From an uncultured bacterium (lineage in GTDB: Bacteria > Desulfobacterota_D > UBA1144 > Nemesobacterales > UBA2774): DNA of 64,000 nucleotides. Numbering within the stretch: the first letter of the stretch is position 1; each line of letters starts with the position of its first letter. Position numbers and translations under genes: made by a program. The stretch is from assembly GCA_963705505.1 (NCBI GenBank), contig CAVPJU010000002.1:1-64000 (forward strand). Reading direction: 5' to 3'. The notes under the pieces were generated by a model. It was not told where the DNA came from, searched no databases, and saw only the letters and a program-made list of their open reading frames with translations. Below, piece by piece: positions 51,160 through 61,303 of the stretch.

Positions 51160-52323
51160 GTGAACATGATGGATAATGAGTTCGACAGAACATTTTACGA
51201 TTCCGGCGATTTCGACGAATCCGATTTTTTTAATACAGTCGGCACGGCGAGGACGCATGGGAGGGGTTCAGCATCTGAAGCCCTGGACAACGTCTACGAG
51301 GCTTTCAGAGGACGAGAGGACAGACAGCCGGTAAAGCCCGGAAAGAAATCGAGGGGCAAGGAAAAGAAATGGACGAGATACGAGGAAGAAAGGGTCCTCC
51401 AGGTCTATTTCAGAGACCTCCTTACGGAGCCGCTGCTGACGCCTGCGGACGAAAAGCAGCTCGGGGCAAAGATAAAGGAATGCGAAAGGAACGCGCGGAA
51501 GATACAGAAGGAGCTCGAGCGCCTGGCGAAACCCAGGCAGAAGGAACTGCCCGCGAGGGACAAGAACAGGCTCGACGTCACGAGGAAGTTATATTCGGAT
51601 AAGGCGCAGGAGCTCAAATCGAAGTTTATAAGGTCCAATCTCAGGCTGGTCGTAAGCATAGCCAAGAGGCACCTCGGCAGGGGGCTTCCGCTGACGGACC
51701 TCGTTCAGGAGGGGAACCTCGGCCTCATAAGGGCTGTCGAGAAGTTCGATCACAGAAAGGGCTTCAAGTTCTCGACGTACGCCGCATGGTGGATACAGCA
51801 GGCCCTCACCAGAGCGATTGCCGAAAAGACGAGGACAATAAAGGTGCCGGTCTACGTGCTCGAGCAGTCGGGCAAGGTCTTCAGGGCGAAGTATGCTCTC
51901 GAGGAGGAGCTCGGAAGAAAACCGCTCCCCGAGGAGATCGCCGAAAAAGCCGGGCTTTCGAGGGAGGTAGTACAGGCGGTCATAGACGGGACCGACAGCG
52001 TGCTCTCGCTCGATAACCCCGTAACCGACGACAACGAAAAGACGTACGTGGACATGATGCCCGACGAGCGCGGGGGACAGGAATCCGCCGTTTCAGAAAT
52101 CAGGGTCAGGAAACTCATCGACGAGTCCCTTTCGTCACTTACACCGAAGGAAGAGGTGGTAGTGAGGATGAGGTACGGCCTCGGCGAGGAAAAGATATAC
52201 ACGCTCGACGAGATCGGGAACAAGTTCGGAGTGACGCGCGAGAGGATAAGGCAGATAGAGAAGAGCGCGCTCGAAAAGATATCGAAGTCCGGGCTCGGCG
52301 AAACGTTGAAAGGATACCTCTAA
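51160..52323 (+). CDS. sigma70-family RpoD/RpoS-like (non-ECF) sigma factor
   Basis: Region 1.2 VYFRDL..PLLT; region 2 NLRLVVSIAK, DLVQEGNLGL, KFSTYAAWWIQQ; region 3; region 4 TLDEIG..FGVTRERIRQIE; start 51160 or 51166. Confidence 0.93.
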   Translation: MNMMDNEFDRTFYDSGDFDESDFFNTVGTARTHGRGSASEALDNVYEAFRGREDRQPVKPGKKSRGKEKKWTRYEEERVLQVYFRDLLTEPLLTPADEKQLGAKIKECERNARKIQKELERLAKPRQKELPARDKNRLDVTRKLYSDKAQELKSKFIRSNLRLVVSIAKRHLGRGLPLTDLVQEGNLGLIRAVEKFDHRKGFKFSTYAAWWIQQALTRAIAEKTRTIKVPVYVLEQSGKVFRAKYALEEELGRKPLPEEIAEKAGLSREVVQAVIDGTDSVLSLDNPVTDDNEKTYVDMMPDERGGQESAVSEIRVRKLIDESLSSLTPKEEVVVRMRYGLGEEKIYTLDEIGNKFGVTRERIRQIEKSALEKISKSGLGETLKGYL

Positions 52324-52361
52324 AACCCGAAAGCCGGATTCGGCTTTAAATCCCAATTACA

Positions 52362-52623
52362 ATGAAAACTAACGAAAAAGCCCGCGTGCTCCTCACCGGA
52401 GCCGCGGGCTGCATAGGCTGAAGGCTCCCACAGGACTCCGGGGCTCCCTCTGCCGGAAGTCCGTTTATCCCCTCCACGAACTCGTATTCGACGGAATGAT
52501 AAGGGCTGTCGCCGGGGAAACGGAGTCGCTCCGGGAAAAAATTTCAGACGCGTAATTTTTAAGTGGAAACGGCGTTCGTTACGGAGTAGAATTGAATCAG
52601 GGCATCCCGCACCGCCGGGCTGA
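52362..52623 (+). pseudogene. Remnant of an NAD(P)-binding SDR/epimerase gene
   Basis: Translates MKTNEKARVLLTGAAGCIG*RL (GxxGxxG); the rest is short and degenerate. Confidence 0.5.
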
Positions 52624-52706
52624 CGTTTACGAGAGAGAATCCGGCACCCGCAGAGGGCGTGCGTCATTTAACCGATATTAATTTCAGGAGGCATGGGAAA
52701 CGGCGG

Positions 52707-54080
52707 ATGATACACGGCAGAACTATTTTCTGGTTCAAGCGGGACCTCAGGACGCACGACAACACCGGGCTCTATCACGCCGTAAGGGACAGCAGGGAAG
52801 TCATCCCTCTCTACATACTCGAGGACTCGATACTGTCGAAGTACCCGCAGGGGAGTAAACGCCTCGGATTCTTCTCGGACGCGCTCTCGAACCTCGACGG
52901 GGAGCTCAGGAGACTCGGCTCGTACCTGCTCGTTCTGAGAGGCAAAGCCGAAGAGATAATCCCCGCCCTCATAAACTCGCAGAGGGTCGAAGCCGTTTAC
53001 ACGAACAGGGCTTACGGCTTCTCGGGGGTCAAGCGGGATCTCGGCGTCGAGCACCAGTGCAGGTTCCACGACACCGTGTTCAAGAAATTCGACGACACGT
53101 TCCTCGTCCCGCCTCACGAGATCGACCAGAGAAAGGTGTTCACCCCGTTTTACAGCATCTGGCAGAGCAAGAGGAAGAGCGAGCCCCTTCCCGCGCCGCA
53201 GAAGATAACCTCCCCTCCCCTCTCGCCCGTATCCGTCGAGAGCCTGACGAGCGAACTCGGCAGCGGTGAGAACAAATACTGGCCGCCCGGATTCCCCGAG
53301 ACGCGGTTGAGAGACTTCAACTTCGCCGATTACTCCCTCACCAGGGACTACCCCTATCTGGACGGCACTTCGAGGCTGTCCCCTTACCTCAGGTTCGGCA
53401 TAGTATCCGTAAGGAAGGTCTACGAGGCCGCCGTCAACGCATGCCCGGAGTCCGACTCGTATATATCCGAGCTCGCATGGAGGGAATTCTGGTACCACAT
53501 CATGCACAACTTCCCCGAGACGAGGGGACTCGAGTTCCAGGAAAAGAGGCGGAACATAAAATGGATAAACAGCGAGAAGTGGTACGACGCATGGCGCGAG
53601 GGACGCACAGGGTACCCGATCGTGGACGCCGGCATGAGACAGCTGAGGGAAGAGGGCTGGATGCACAACCGTGTGCGGATGATCGTCGCGTCTTTCCTCA
53701 CGAAGGACCTGATGACGGACTGGAGGTGGGGAGACAGGCACTTCTTCGAGCATCTGGTGGATTACGACGAGACGGTTGATATAGGGAACTGGCAGTGGTC
53801 CGCTTCATGCGGGGCAGACCCCAAGCCGCTTCGGATATTCAACCCGATGCTGCAATCGCAGAACTACGACCCAGAATGCATATATATCAAGCGGTACATA
53901 CCGGAGCTCTTTTCCATAGACCCCGAGAAAATACACAACCCCCTCACATACAAGCTCCCCTACCACAGGCCCATGGTGAACCACTACGAGATGAGGAACC
54001 TCGCCCACGAGGCTTACTCGGGGGGACGCATCGACGACGAGTACATTTCCCAGATCAAGAAGGACCAGGGTTTTCCGTGA
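52707..54080 (+). CDS. phrB: Deoxyribodipyrimidine photolyase (class I/III CPD type)
   Basis: WFKRDLRTHDN, TSRLSPYLRFG, ELAWREF, GRTGYPIVDAGMRQL, WMHNRVRMIVASFLTK, GNWQW, RIFNP. Confidence 0.93.
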   Translation: MIHGRTIFWFKRDLRTHDNTGLYHAVRDSREVIPLYILEDSILSKYPQGSKRLGFFSDALSNLDGELRRLGSYLLVLRGKAEEIIPALINSQRVEAVYTNRAYGFSGVKRDLGVEHQCRFHDTVFKKFDDTFLVPPHEIDQRKVFTPFYSIWQSKRKSEPLPAPQKITSPPLSPVSVESLTSELGSGENKYWPPGFPETRLRDFNFADYSLTRDYPYLDGTSRLSPYLRFGIVSVRKVYEAAVNACPESDSYISELAWREFWYHIMHNFPETRGLEFQEKRRNIKWINSEKWYDAWREGRTGYPIVDAGMRQLREEGWMHNRVRMIVASFLTKDLMTDWRWGDRHFFEHLVDYDETVDIGNWQWSASCGADPKPLRIFNPMLQSQNYDPECIYIKRYIPELFSIDPEKIHNPLTYKLPYHRPMVNHYEMRNLAHEAYSGGRIDDEYISQIKKDQGFP

Positions 54081-54157
54081 CAACAGCCCCCGCCGGGCGT
54101 CGCTCCCGCAGGCTGTGGTTTTTTTGAGCTATTGGCTACACTAACCTGAGGCGAGAC

Positions 54158-54943
54158 ATGGCTATAAGCGTGCTGATGGCATACGAGCCCCTGGAGAAGA
54201 CGGGGGAGAAATACGGTTACTGGCGGAGCTATATATCCTTTTACGAGAGCTTCAAGGACGGCCCCGCGACCCCCAATTCGGCCTGGTACGGGAGCGAATA
54301 CGACGCCTTCAGGGAATCCCTCTCAAAAGAGCTCGGCATAGAGAAGCGTCTGATAGAGGACTGCTTCTTCATGAAGGACGAGGACGGGAATTACTTCGTC
54401 ACGCCCGTGGGCTCGAGCGCGAACCCCAATATATTCAGCGCCGAGAACTTCATCCCGCTCGAATGGTTCCTCATGTATGACGGGAGCGAAAAGAAATATT
54501 TCTTCACCCACACGGGCTTCGGCGCCATACGCCAGGACGCGGTCTACTACAACACGAAGGTAAGCGCGGCCCTCCGGAGGCTCGGGGAAGCCGTAAGCGA
54601 CATGGACGCTTTTCTCGCCTCGACCCTATCCTCAGGCAGTCCGACTCTTACAGGCGTGCTGAACGACCTCAAATCAGGCGCTGAGAACCTGGCGCACTGG
54701 CTCTCGGGCTTCGACCCGGAGAGCTTCGTTATGCTCAACTACGGCGAGATATGCTCCCGCTTCGACCCCGATTCGATGAAGAACGAGGACTCCGTATCCG
54801 AGCTCAGGCTCGTGCTCACTCTCGCCCGCGAGGGCATCGCAGGTGATGCCGAAAAGGTGCTCGCCATGCTCCTCTCGAAATGGGAAGAGATAAACAGCTC
54901 CTTCACGCCCTCGGAAGAGAAGCGGCCGTCCACGCTCCAGTAA
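54158..54943 (+). CDS. Hypothetical protein
   Basis: Long ORF with host-like codon usage; no recognised motif. Confidence 0.75.
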   Translation: MAISVLMAYEPLEKTGEKYGYWRSYISFYESFKDGPATPNSAWYGSEYDAFRESLSKELGIEKRLIEDCFFMKDEDGNYFVTPVGSSANPNIFSAENFIPLEWFLMYDGSEKKYFFTHTGFGAIRQDAVYYNTKVSAALRRLGEAVSDMDAFLASTLSSGSPTLTGVLNDLKSGAENLAHWLSGFDPESFVMLNYGEICSRFDPDSMKNEDSVSELRLVLTLAREGIAGDAEKVLAMLLSKWEEINSSFTPSEEKRPSTLQ

Positions 54944-55016
54944 AAATTACGATCTGAGAGATTTATAGTAAATTTAGCAGCATAAACAAATTCATCACCC
55001 TGGTTCAGGACCGAGC

Positions 55017-55196
55017 ATGAGAACCTTTCCGAGACCCATCATAGTGACGAGCATGTGCTTCGAGTTCGACGCCTGCAGATACAACGGTCAGACGATCCCC
55101 AATAATTTCGTCCAGGCTCTCGAGCCGTGGGTCGAATTCAGGCCCGTCTGCCCCGAGCTCGAGATAGGGCTCGGCGTCCCGCGCGACCTGATACTC
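55017..55196 (+). pseudogene. 5' fragment of a DUF523/DUF1722 (YbgA-like) gene
   Basis: SMCFEFDACRYNG...PVCPELEIGLGVPRD (DUF523 N-terminus), then similarity ends. Confidence 0.85.
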
Positions 55197-55403
55197 GAAG
55201 TCCCTCGCGGCAGCGCGGAGGTATATCAGAAGGAGAAGTAGTATTGTCGGGATTATTATTAGATAATAACCTGAATGGACAAACAAAAGCACATCCACAG
55301 ATGGATGTCGGGTACTTGGACATTTTCCTTTAAAGTACCAGACAGTCTCAACCTATTTTACTCGAAGGTGCCGAAGTGATCCGAGAATCTGCAAGACCCC
55401 ACT

Positions 55404-57026
55404 CTATTTCGAGTCCACGGGCTCGATAATGAAATCGGGCGGAGTGAGGCCCACAATGCAATCGATATCAGGCGCGTTAGGCGTCGAGAAGAACGATCTG
55501 ATTACGTCTTGAGCGCAGTCGGACTTTGGCACGACGAAATGACCGACACCGGGAATTACGATGAACACCGAATTCACGAGTGAATTGGCGACACCCTCAG
55601 CCAGAAGCGGCGAGGTGATAGCGTCGTAGCTGCCCGATATGACAAGCGTCGGGATGGGCTTGCCGCTAAGCGTGCGCTGCCTCTCAGGACCCTTCGGGAC
55701 TTTCCAGACGTCGCAAATCTCCGTCATGAATGGAAATTGCGGCGGTTGGGCCAACACCGAGTCCGGAAACGTCGGAAACTGGATTCGCCCCTGCTTGACT
55801 ATATTGTCAGGGGACTCGTAAGGTACCCACTCACTGCAGATAACTCCGTTTTGCAGACCAAAACTAAACTCGCCCTCGTGCGTGACACCCACTATGGCGT
55901 ACAGCGCGAGAACGTCATGCGTCATTCCGCGATCCATCTGGTCAATCAACGCCGGCAGTATGGTAGGAAAGGCTTCCGACAAACCGACCGCAGTGATCTC
56001 AAACGCTCCGCCGTCGACCACGACATGCACAGGCTGAGCATCCGGCGATGGGGGCTGTCCGGGAAATGCCGGTATCACATCACCTTCAGCAGGATTTGAT
56101 TCAAGTTGGTTCACCACTCGTGCGAAAGTATCGCCTATGTTCGAATAGCGATTGTGGCACGCGGGCTGGGCTTCACATTGACGGAAGATCTCATGTAGTC
56201 CTTCTCCAGCATTGGTCCAGAAGTCGCCCATAACGGTGTAAGGGGGTACGACGGAATCTATAGCCACGCTGCGAATGCCTTCGGGATGCTCACGCATGTA
56301 GGTTAGTGCCAGATCAGTACCGTAGGAGACGCCGTACACATTCCATTCCTTGATGCCGAGCGCTTTTCTGAGATCGGCGAAATCGGCTGCGTTCTGTATG
56401 GAATTGTAAGCGCCGAGATCCACTCCCTCAGCCATCAGGCGTTCGTAGCACTCGCGCGACGCATCGACTAACAGTGTGCCGCTCTCATCGCTATCATACC
56501 GCAAACCGACTGTACTCGCCCGGGCGCGATCTGACTCCGGACAAAGGAGAGCCGGATCAGTGAATAACGTCCCCCGCTGATCCATGATTATCAAATCGCG
56601 GTCGCGGTTAATTCCGGCAACTTCAACCAACAGGTCGGCAGACGGGAGAGCCGCACCGCCGGGGCCGCCGACCATATATACGATAGGGTCCGGCGCTGGG
56701 ACTTCAGCTACAGCCGGTATGATTGCTACATTCAGGCGTATCGTCTTCCAATTGTTTTTGTCGCGGTCTTCCGGCACTACCAGCTGACCGCATTTTGCAT
56801 TCTTGAGCGATGATTGCGGGGGATTTAATTGCGGACAGGGACCAGGCTCGAATCTCGCCTCCTGCAGGTTGTTAGATTTGTTACACCCGCCATAAACGAA
56901 AAATGCGATAGCCAGCACAAGTACGCATAGAATTGGAAACCGTGTCCGCCCATCACACATTTTCTTCCGAATTATCACGGAGCGAATACACTCCGCCAAA
57001 CCGAATCTTGACGGATATCGAATCAT
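55404..57026 (-). CDS. Exported alpha/beta hydrolase (TAP-like peptidase), probable lipoprotein
   Basis: GGPGG, DQRG, YGVSYGT, YDAITSP, GVGH; YGGC lipobox; start may be 56960. Confidence 0.88.
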   Translation of the reverse strand: MIRYPSRFGLAECIRSVIIRKKMCDGRTRFPILCVLVLAIAFFVYGGCNKSNNLQEARFEPGPCPQLNPPQSSLKNAKCGQLVVPEDRDKNNWKTIRLNVAIIPAVAEVPAPDPIVYMVGGPGGAALPSADLLVEVAGINRDRDLIIMDQRGTLFTDPALLCPESDRARASTVGLRYDSDESGTLLVDASRECYERLMAEGVDLGAYNSIQNAADFADLRKALGIKEWNVYGVSYGTDLALTYMREHPEGIRSVAIDSVVPPYTVMGDFWTNAGEGLHEIFRQCEAQPACHNRYSNIGDTFARVVNQLESNPAEGDVIPAFPGQPPSPDAQPVHVVVDGGAFEITAVGLSEAFPTILPALIDQMDRGMTHDVLALYAIVGVTHEGEFSFGLQNGVICSEWVPYESPDNIVKQGRIQFPTFPDSVLAQPPQFPFMTEICDVWKVPKGPERQRTLSGKPIPTLVISGSYDAITSPLLAEGVANSLVNSVFIVIPGVGHFVVPKSDCAQDVIRSFFSTPNAPDIDCIVGLTPPDFIIEPVDSK

Positions 57027-57291
57027 CCGAAATTCTTCCTTCTCAAACCTATCATCGAGCGTCCTGTATTCACCCGATAATTAGTCAGATTTCGCTAATT
57101 GTATTATGGAATAATTTGTATGAGTACGGCATCCGATATACCATTTTATTTGTATAATAAACTGTATAATAAACTGATAAACTGATAGACTACTGACTAA
57201 TTATACCTTTGATTTTATTAGGAAGTGTAATTTTTAGCAAGATCCTTGGAAAATCACTGCAATAGATATATATCATTGAATATTATCGCCC

Positions 57292-57535
57292 GCCGGACTC
57301 GACTGGGAGGAGCATGTGAGGATCGACCCCCGTTATTTCAGACCCGTGGATTCGAAGGGCATAGGGCGGACTCTACGAGGGCGAATAGCGAACACCGATG
57401 GGAGCCCCGGATAAGGCTCAGGGAGCTTTTAGGGATAAGTGTTGACTCGGACATGATGGCTCAACCACCGAAGCCGCCTGTGGAAGGGGAGAGCGTGCTC
57501 TTGGAGAGGTTCCCCGCGAGATAATGGAAAACCGG
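57292..57535 (+). pseudogene. gmd: 3' remnant of GDP-mannose 4,6-dehydratase
   Basis: AGLDWEEHVRIDPRYFRP, frameshift, ADSTRA...WEPRIRLRELL..VDSDM. Confidence 0.7.
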
Positions 57536-57769
57536 GTGAGCAAGCCATCGTCGAGAACCCGAAGGCCCTGTTTTCATGGTCCAGGTTGGTTGTCAAGATA
57601 GTTGCGTTCCCCGCCCACTTTTTTCTCTCACGTATCATTCCCAGAATTAAATGCTTAATCGATGGACAATTTATTCTCTTTTCTTGTATTAATTGTGTCT
57701 ATAATTGTATGATTGAAGCTAATGGCGATACCGATGTATTTCTTACGAAGACAATTTCCGGAGATGTTT

Positions 57770-59209
57770 ATGAAGGGGATACTAAGCATTTTTCTAATTA
57801 TATTGCTTATTACGGCATGCGACGACAGCGGTAATGTGCATGATTGTTTCAGTGCGGATGATTTTCAGGGCGCGGATTGTCTAGCTGAAGCCATGCTAAA
57901 TTCGTGCAGCAGCATAGGCTGCAGCTCCAGGGATGCGGAATTGACGCCGCCGCTCTCACCTATTTGCAAAAAAGTCAATTGTTCATCTTTCGATTGCAAT
58001 GAAGTCTTGTACACAACCGATGGAGAGACTTTCACCGCACCGGGAACTATTACGAATCTGCACCTTGAGAATACAGGGGAGCTCGGAGGAGTCATAACTG
58101 TTGGGGGAAAGGAGCAGAAAATTGAATGCGCAGTAGACACCGGACCTGCGCCATCGACCGCAGTCATAGCCACTCCCATACATGATGCGCTCGCCGTACC
58201 CGGCGATGACGGAATGATCCATGTCGAATACGACCTGCTCTTTACCAACACATTTGCGTCTCCCGTAACGCTTAAGACTATCGACGTCACCGATATTTCG
58301 GGCACTCTTCTGATGCGCTTAGAAGGTGCACGGCTCTCAGCAGCGACTCAGAATGTGTTCGATCAAAAGGTCATTTCGGAGATACCGGCGTCGGGCTCTG
58401 CCGCAGTCGAGGTAGACCTGATTCTCAAACCAGGAACGGTTCCAGAACGATTATCCCACCGTATCGTTTATGACTTCTTGGACCAGGACCGGTCTGCGGC
58501 AGCCATCTCTTCGCGGGAATTCACTGGCCCCGAGCTTATGGTGGACCCACGCGAGCCGCAACAAATCATATCCCCGGTCTCGGGAACGGAATGGGCATCG
58601 TTTAACGGCTGCTGCACTCCGAACCGGCACCGCGATACGAGAATTGGGGCGGGCACGCGCATCGCCACGGCTGAAACATTCGATATAGACTGGCTCAAGC
58701 TGGAAAACGGTCGGTTGTTCAGCGGTGACGGTTCCGAGAACACGGATTACTTCTGCTTCGGCGCGCCGATCGTCTCGGCCACGGACGGCATTGTAGTCGA
58801 CGCCCGCGACGGTGTGCCGGACAGCATTCCGAATATACCTCCGACTAACATACACACTCCTAGGGATTTCAGCGGCAACTTCGTCGTAGTTCGTGTACGA
58901 CCGAAGGTTTATGCCATTTATGCGCATCTTGAATTAGGCTCGGTCACCGTCAAGATCGGGGATATCGTTAAGGCGGGAACGCTCTTAGGCAGACTCGGAA
59001 GCTCCGGGAATTCCACAGCGCCTCATCTGCATTTTGGGATAGTAGATCAGCAGGACCCGACTACGGCGAACAGCCTGCCGTTCGTGATAGACAACTTCGA
59101 ACTTACCGGAATAATCACAGGAGACGAAAACAACCTGAATATTCAGCCGGTCTCCCGTTCGGTTACGGACGCATACCCGCTCGTTCTGGGTGTAGCGACA
59201 TTCAAGTGA
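57770..59209 (+). CDS. M23-family metallopeptidase lipoprotein with Cys-rich N-terminus
   Basis: ITAC lipobox; FDIDW, GNFVV, YAHL, GSSGNSTAPHLHF. Confidence 0.88.
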   Translation: MKGILSIFLIILLITACDDSGNVHDCFSADDFQGADCLAEAMLNSCSSIGCSSRDAELTPPLSPICKKVNCSSFDCNEVLYTTDGETFTAPGTITNLHLENTGELGGVITVGGKEQKIECAVDTGPAPSTAVIATPIHDALAVPGDDGMIHVEYDLLFTNTFASPVTLKTIDVTDISGTLLMRLEGARLSAATQNVFDQKVISEIPASGSAAVEVDLILKPGTVPERLSHRIVYDFLDQDRSAAAISSREFTGPELMVDPREPQQIISPVSGTEWASFNGCCTPNRHRDTRIGAGTRIATAETFDIDWLKLENGRLFSGDGSENTDYFCFGAPIVSATDGIVVDARDGVPDSIPNIPPTNIHTPRDFSGNFVVVRVRPKVYAIYAHLELGSVTVKIGDIVKAGTLLGRLGSSGNSTAPHLHFGIVDQQDPTTANSLPFVIDNFELTGIITGDENNLNIQPVSRSVTDAYPLVLGVATFK

Positions 59210-59269
59210 GACGAGTCGAAGCTAAAAAAATGCTTTCGAGGATGTTCGACGAAAACGAGTTCCTAAGTG

Positions 59270-59308
59270 TGACCTGCCCCCGTTAATAGGTCCATAGATT
59301 AAGTTAGA
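59270..59308 (+). mobile_element. Isolated IS3-family (IS407-like) terminal inverted repeat
   Basis: TGACCTGCCCCCGTTAATAGGTCCA resembles IS407-group ends (recalled, not searched); no transposase follows. Confidence 0.5.
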
Positions 59309-59419
59309 TCTTCGAAAGAGATCCCCATATAAAGGAGCTCATCGGAATAGTTCGATCGGCCTTAACGCATACGTTTCAGTAGCTGTTCATATACGAAGTC
59401 ACAGATATTAAATCACCTC

Positions 59420-59441
59420 AGTTTTATGCGAGTTTTATGCG
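59420..59441. repeat. Tandem 11-bp repeat, possible integrase arm site
   Basis: AGTTTTATGCG x2, followed by AAAATAAG x2. Confidence 0.6.
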
Positions 59442-59616
59442 GAAAATAAGCAAAAATAAGTAAACTAGCTGGTTTCAAAAACCTCAAAACCCTAATGTTT
59501 CGCTTTTATAATACGTCTAATAAAGTGTGTCAAGACTCAGTAACGAAACAATATTTTGATCGAAAATCTAACAAAATCTATAGGTTCTGAAATCGCTAAA
59601 ACAAGTGATCAGTTTA

Positions 59617-60285
59617 ATACTCAAGAGCCGCTCCCCATCGTGCGGAATAAAGGACGCGAAGGAATTCCCCGACGCGGAGAACGAGATAGCGACGGGCAAG
59701 GGCGCGGGAATCTTCGCCGAAAGGGTCATGTCAAAATTCCCCGGACTCGCGGTCGAGGACGAGGGGAGACTCAGGAACTTCAGGATAAGGGAGCACTTCC
59801 TGACCAAGCTCTACACGCTCGCGAGCTTCAGAGGAGTGAAAAAGGCGGGGAGCGCCAATGCCCTCGTGAACTTCCATACGGAGAACAAGTTTCTGCTCAT
59901 GTCATACAGCGGGAAGGAGATGAGGGCATTAGGCAGAATAACCGCGAATGCGGAAGGGAAACGCCCGGAAATATTGATCGCCGAGTACGGCGAGGGTCTT
60001 CGGCATGCGCTCGCGTCCCCGCAGAGGAGGTCCTCAGGCATAAACGTCCTCATGCATGCGCTCGGATATTTCTCGGACAGGCTCACCGGGAGGGAGAAGG
60101 CCTATTTCCTCGACCTCCTGGAGGCGTACAGGAACGAGAGGATACCGCTCAGCGCCGTACTTGCCGTGCTTGAGTCCTGGGTGATCAAGTACGATGAGGA
60201 TTACCTCGCGCGCCAGACCTTCTTCGAGCCTTATCCGAAGGAGCTGATGGAGATCTCAGACTCCGGCAAGGGGCGGGAGGTGTAA
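59617..60285 (+). pseudogene. 3' fragment of the DUF523/DUF1722 (YbgA-like) gene
   Basis: ILKSRSPSCG, G.GIFA, VEDEGRL, FHTENK, NVLMHALGYF, YLARQTFFEPYP. Confidence 0.88.
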
Positions 60286-60498
60286 AGGGTGCATGCCAAT
60301 GCTGAAGCGCAGATTTCATGCGGGTCTTTCGTCAGGCTCGGGATGAACGGACCGGGCTTCAATTGCTGAAGGGATCCGGAGGAGTAAGGCAGATATCGTA
60401 TATGAGCGCGGATTCCGCGCCGCGCTTCGTGTATACTAAAAAATCTTCGAGAAATTTCTGAATAATATGTTAAAGTTTTAAATGAATCGAGGAAATAT

Positions 60499-61119
60499 AT
60501 GAGAAAGATCATATTCTTACTTCCCTTACTTGTGTTCGCATCCTGCGCGAAGCATCAGAGCGTCTACACCTCCGATTCTCACAAGGTGAGTAATCAGCAT
60601 TCCTATGACGATAAGAAAGACGATATGGAAGCGTCAATCGTTACAGCCGGGAAAACAGAGCAGCACGTCAATTTCAATGCCCCTTTGAACAGCGTCTATA
60701 ACGCCGCGCTCAAGAGCGTCGATTTCCTCAAATGGCCGATTGCCTTCTCGGACGAGGAGGAAGGCACGATACGCTTGAAGGAAGCCTACGTTTACAATAA
60801 GGACGGCAAGCTCTTCAGGTCGTACACATATCCGTCTAAATCCGACACCAGGAATTCGAATATAAACTATTATCTGGAAAGGGTCGCCAGATATACGGCC
60901 GGTACGGCCGATACCATCTTCACGCAGGAGAACCTTAAAATCACTTTAAAAAAGGTCTCGGACACAGCGACTGACCTGAAAATCGATTATACGATCAGAC
61001 CCTACGCAATGGAGGGAGTCATCGGATACGAGGTCTTGTCGAACGGGTACATCGAGTCCCTCATTATAGAGAATATGAAGGAAGCCCTCGCGGGCAAAAA
61101 ACCGATCGCGAGGAACTGA
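60499..61119 (+). CDS. Lipoprotein of unknown function
   Basis: FASC lipobox; GAGG SD. Confidence 0.8.
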   Translation: MRKIIFLLPLLVFASCAKHQSVYTSDSHKVSNQHSYDDKKDDMEASIVTAGKTEQHVNFNAPLNSVYNAALKSVDFLKWPIAFSDEEEGTIRLKEAYVYNKDGKLFRSYTYPSKSDTRNSNINYYLERVARYTAGTADTIFTQENLKITLKKVSDTATDLKIDYTIRPYAMEGVIGYEVLSNGYIESLIIENMKEALAGKKPIARN

Positions 61120-61122
61120 GAA

Positions 61123-61284
61123 ATGAATACCCTCCTCGTAGCGCTGGGTATACTCGTTTGCTTCGGGGTGCTTTTCTGGCTCGACAGGTACTATAAGGAC
61201 TCAGGGGATAAAAAGGACACGGAGCAGCTTAATCCTCCCGACTCCGGCGGGGATGATCCGGGATCCGATTCAGAAGCTGTATAA
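61123..61284 (+). CDS. Small single-TM protein (53 aa, not in ORF track)
   Basis: MNTLLVALGILVCFGVLFWLDRYYKDSGDKK...; starts 3 nt after the upstream stop. Confidence 0.6.
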   Translation: MNTLLVALGILVCFGVLFWLDRYYKDSGDKKDTEQLNPPDSGGDDPGSDSEAV

Positions 61285-61303
61285 CACACTGATACCTCGA
61301 TTC

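Larger units (their letters stand above)
55197..59616. mobile_element. Decayed 4.4-kb insertion splitting the DUF523/DUF1722 gene
   Basis: Gene halves on either side; ATACTC at both junctions; IS3-like end, possible integrase remnant and tandem repeats at the right end. Confidence 0.7.

Noticed and set aside
50943..51176. 77-aa ORF in the sigma-factor leader
   Set aside because: No recognisable motif and it overlaps the sigma start; unsupported without expression data
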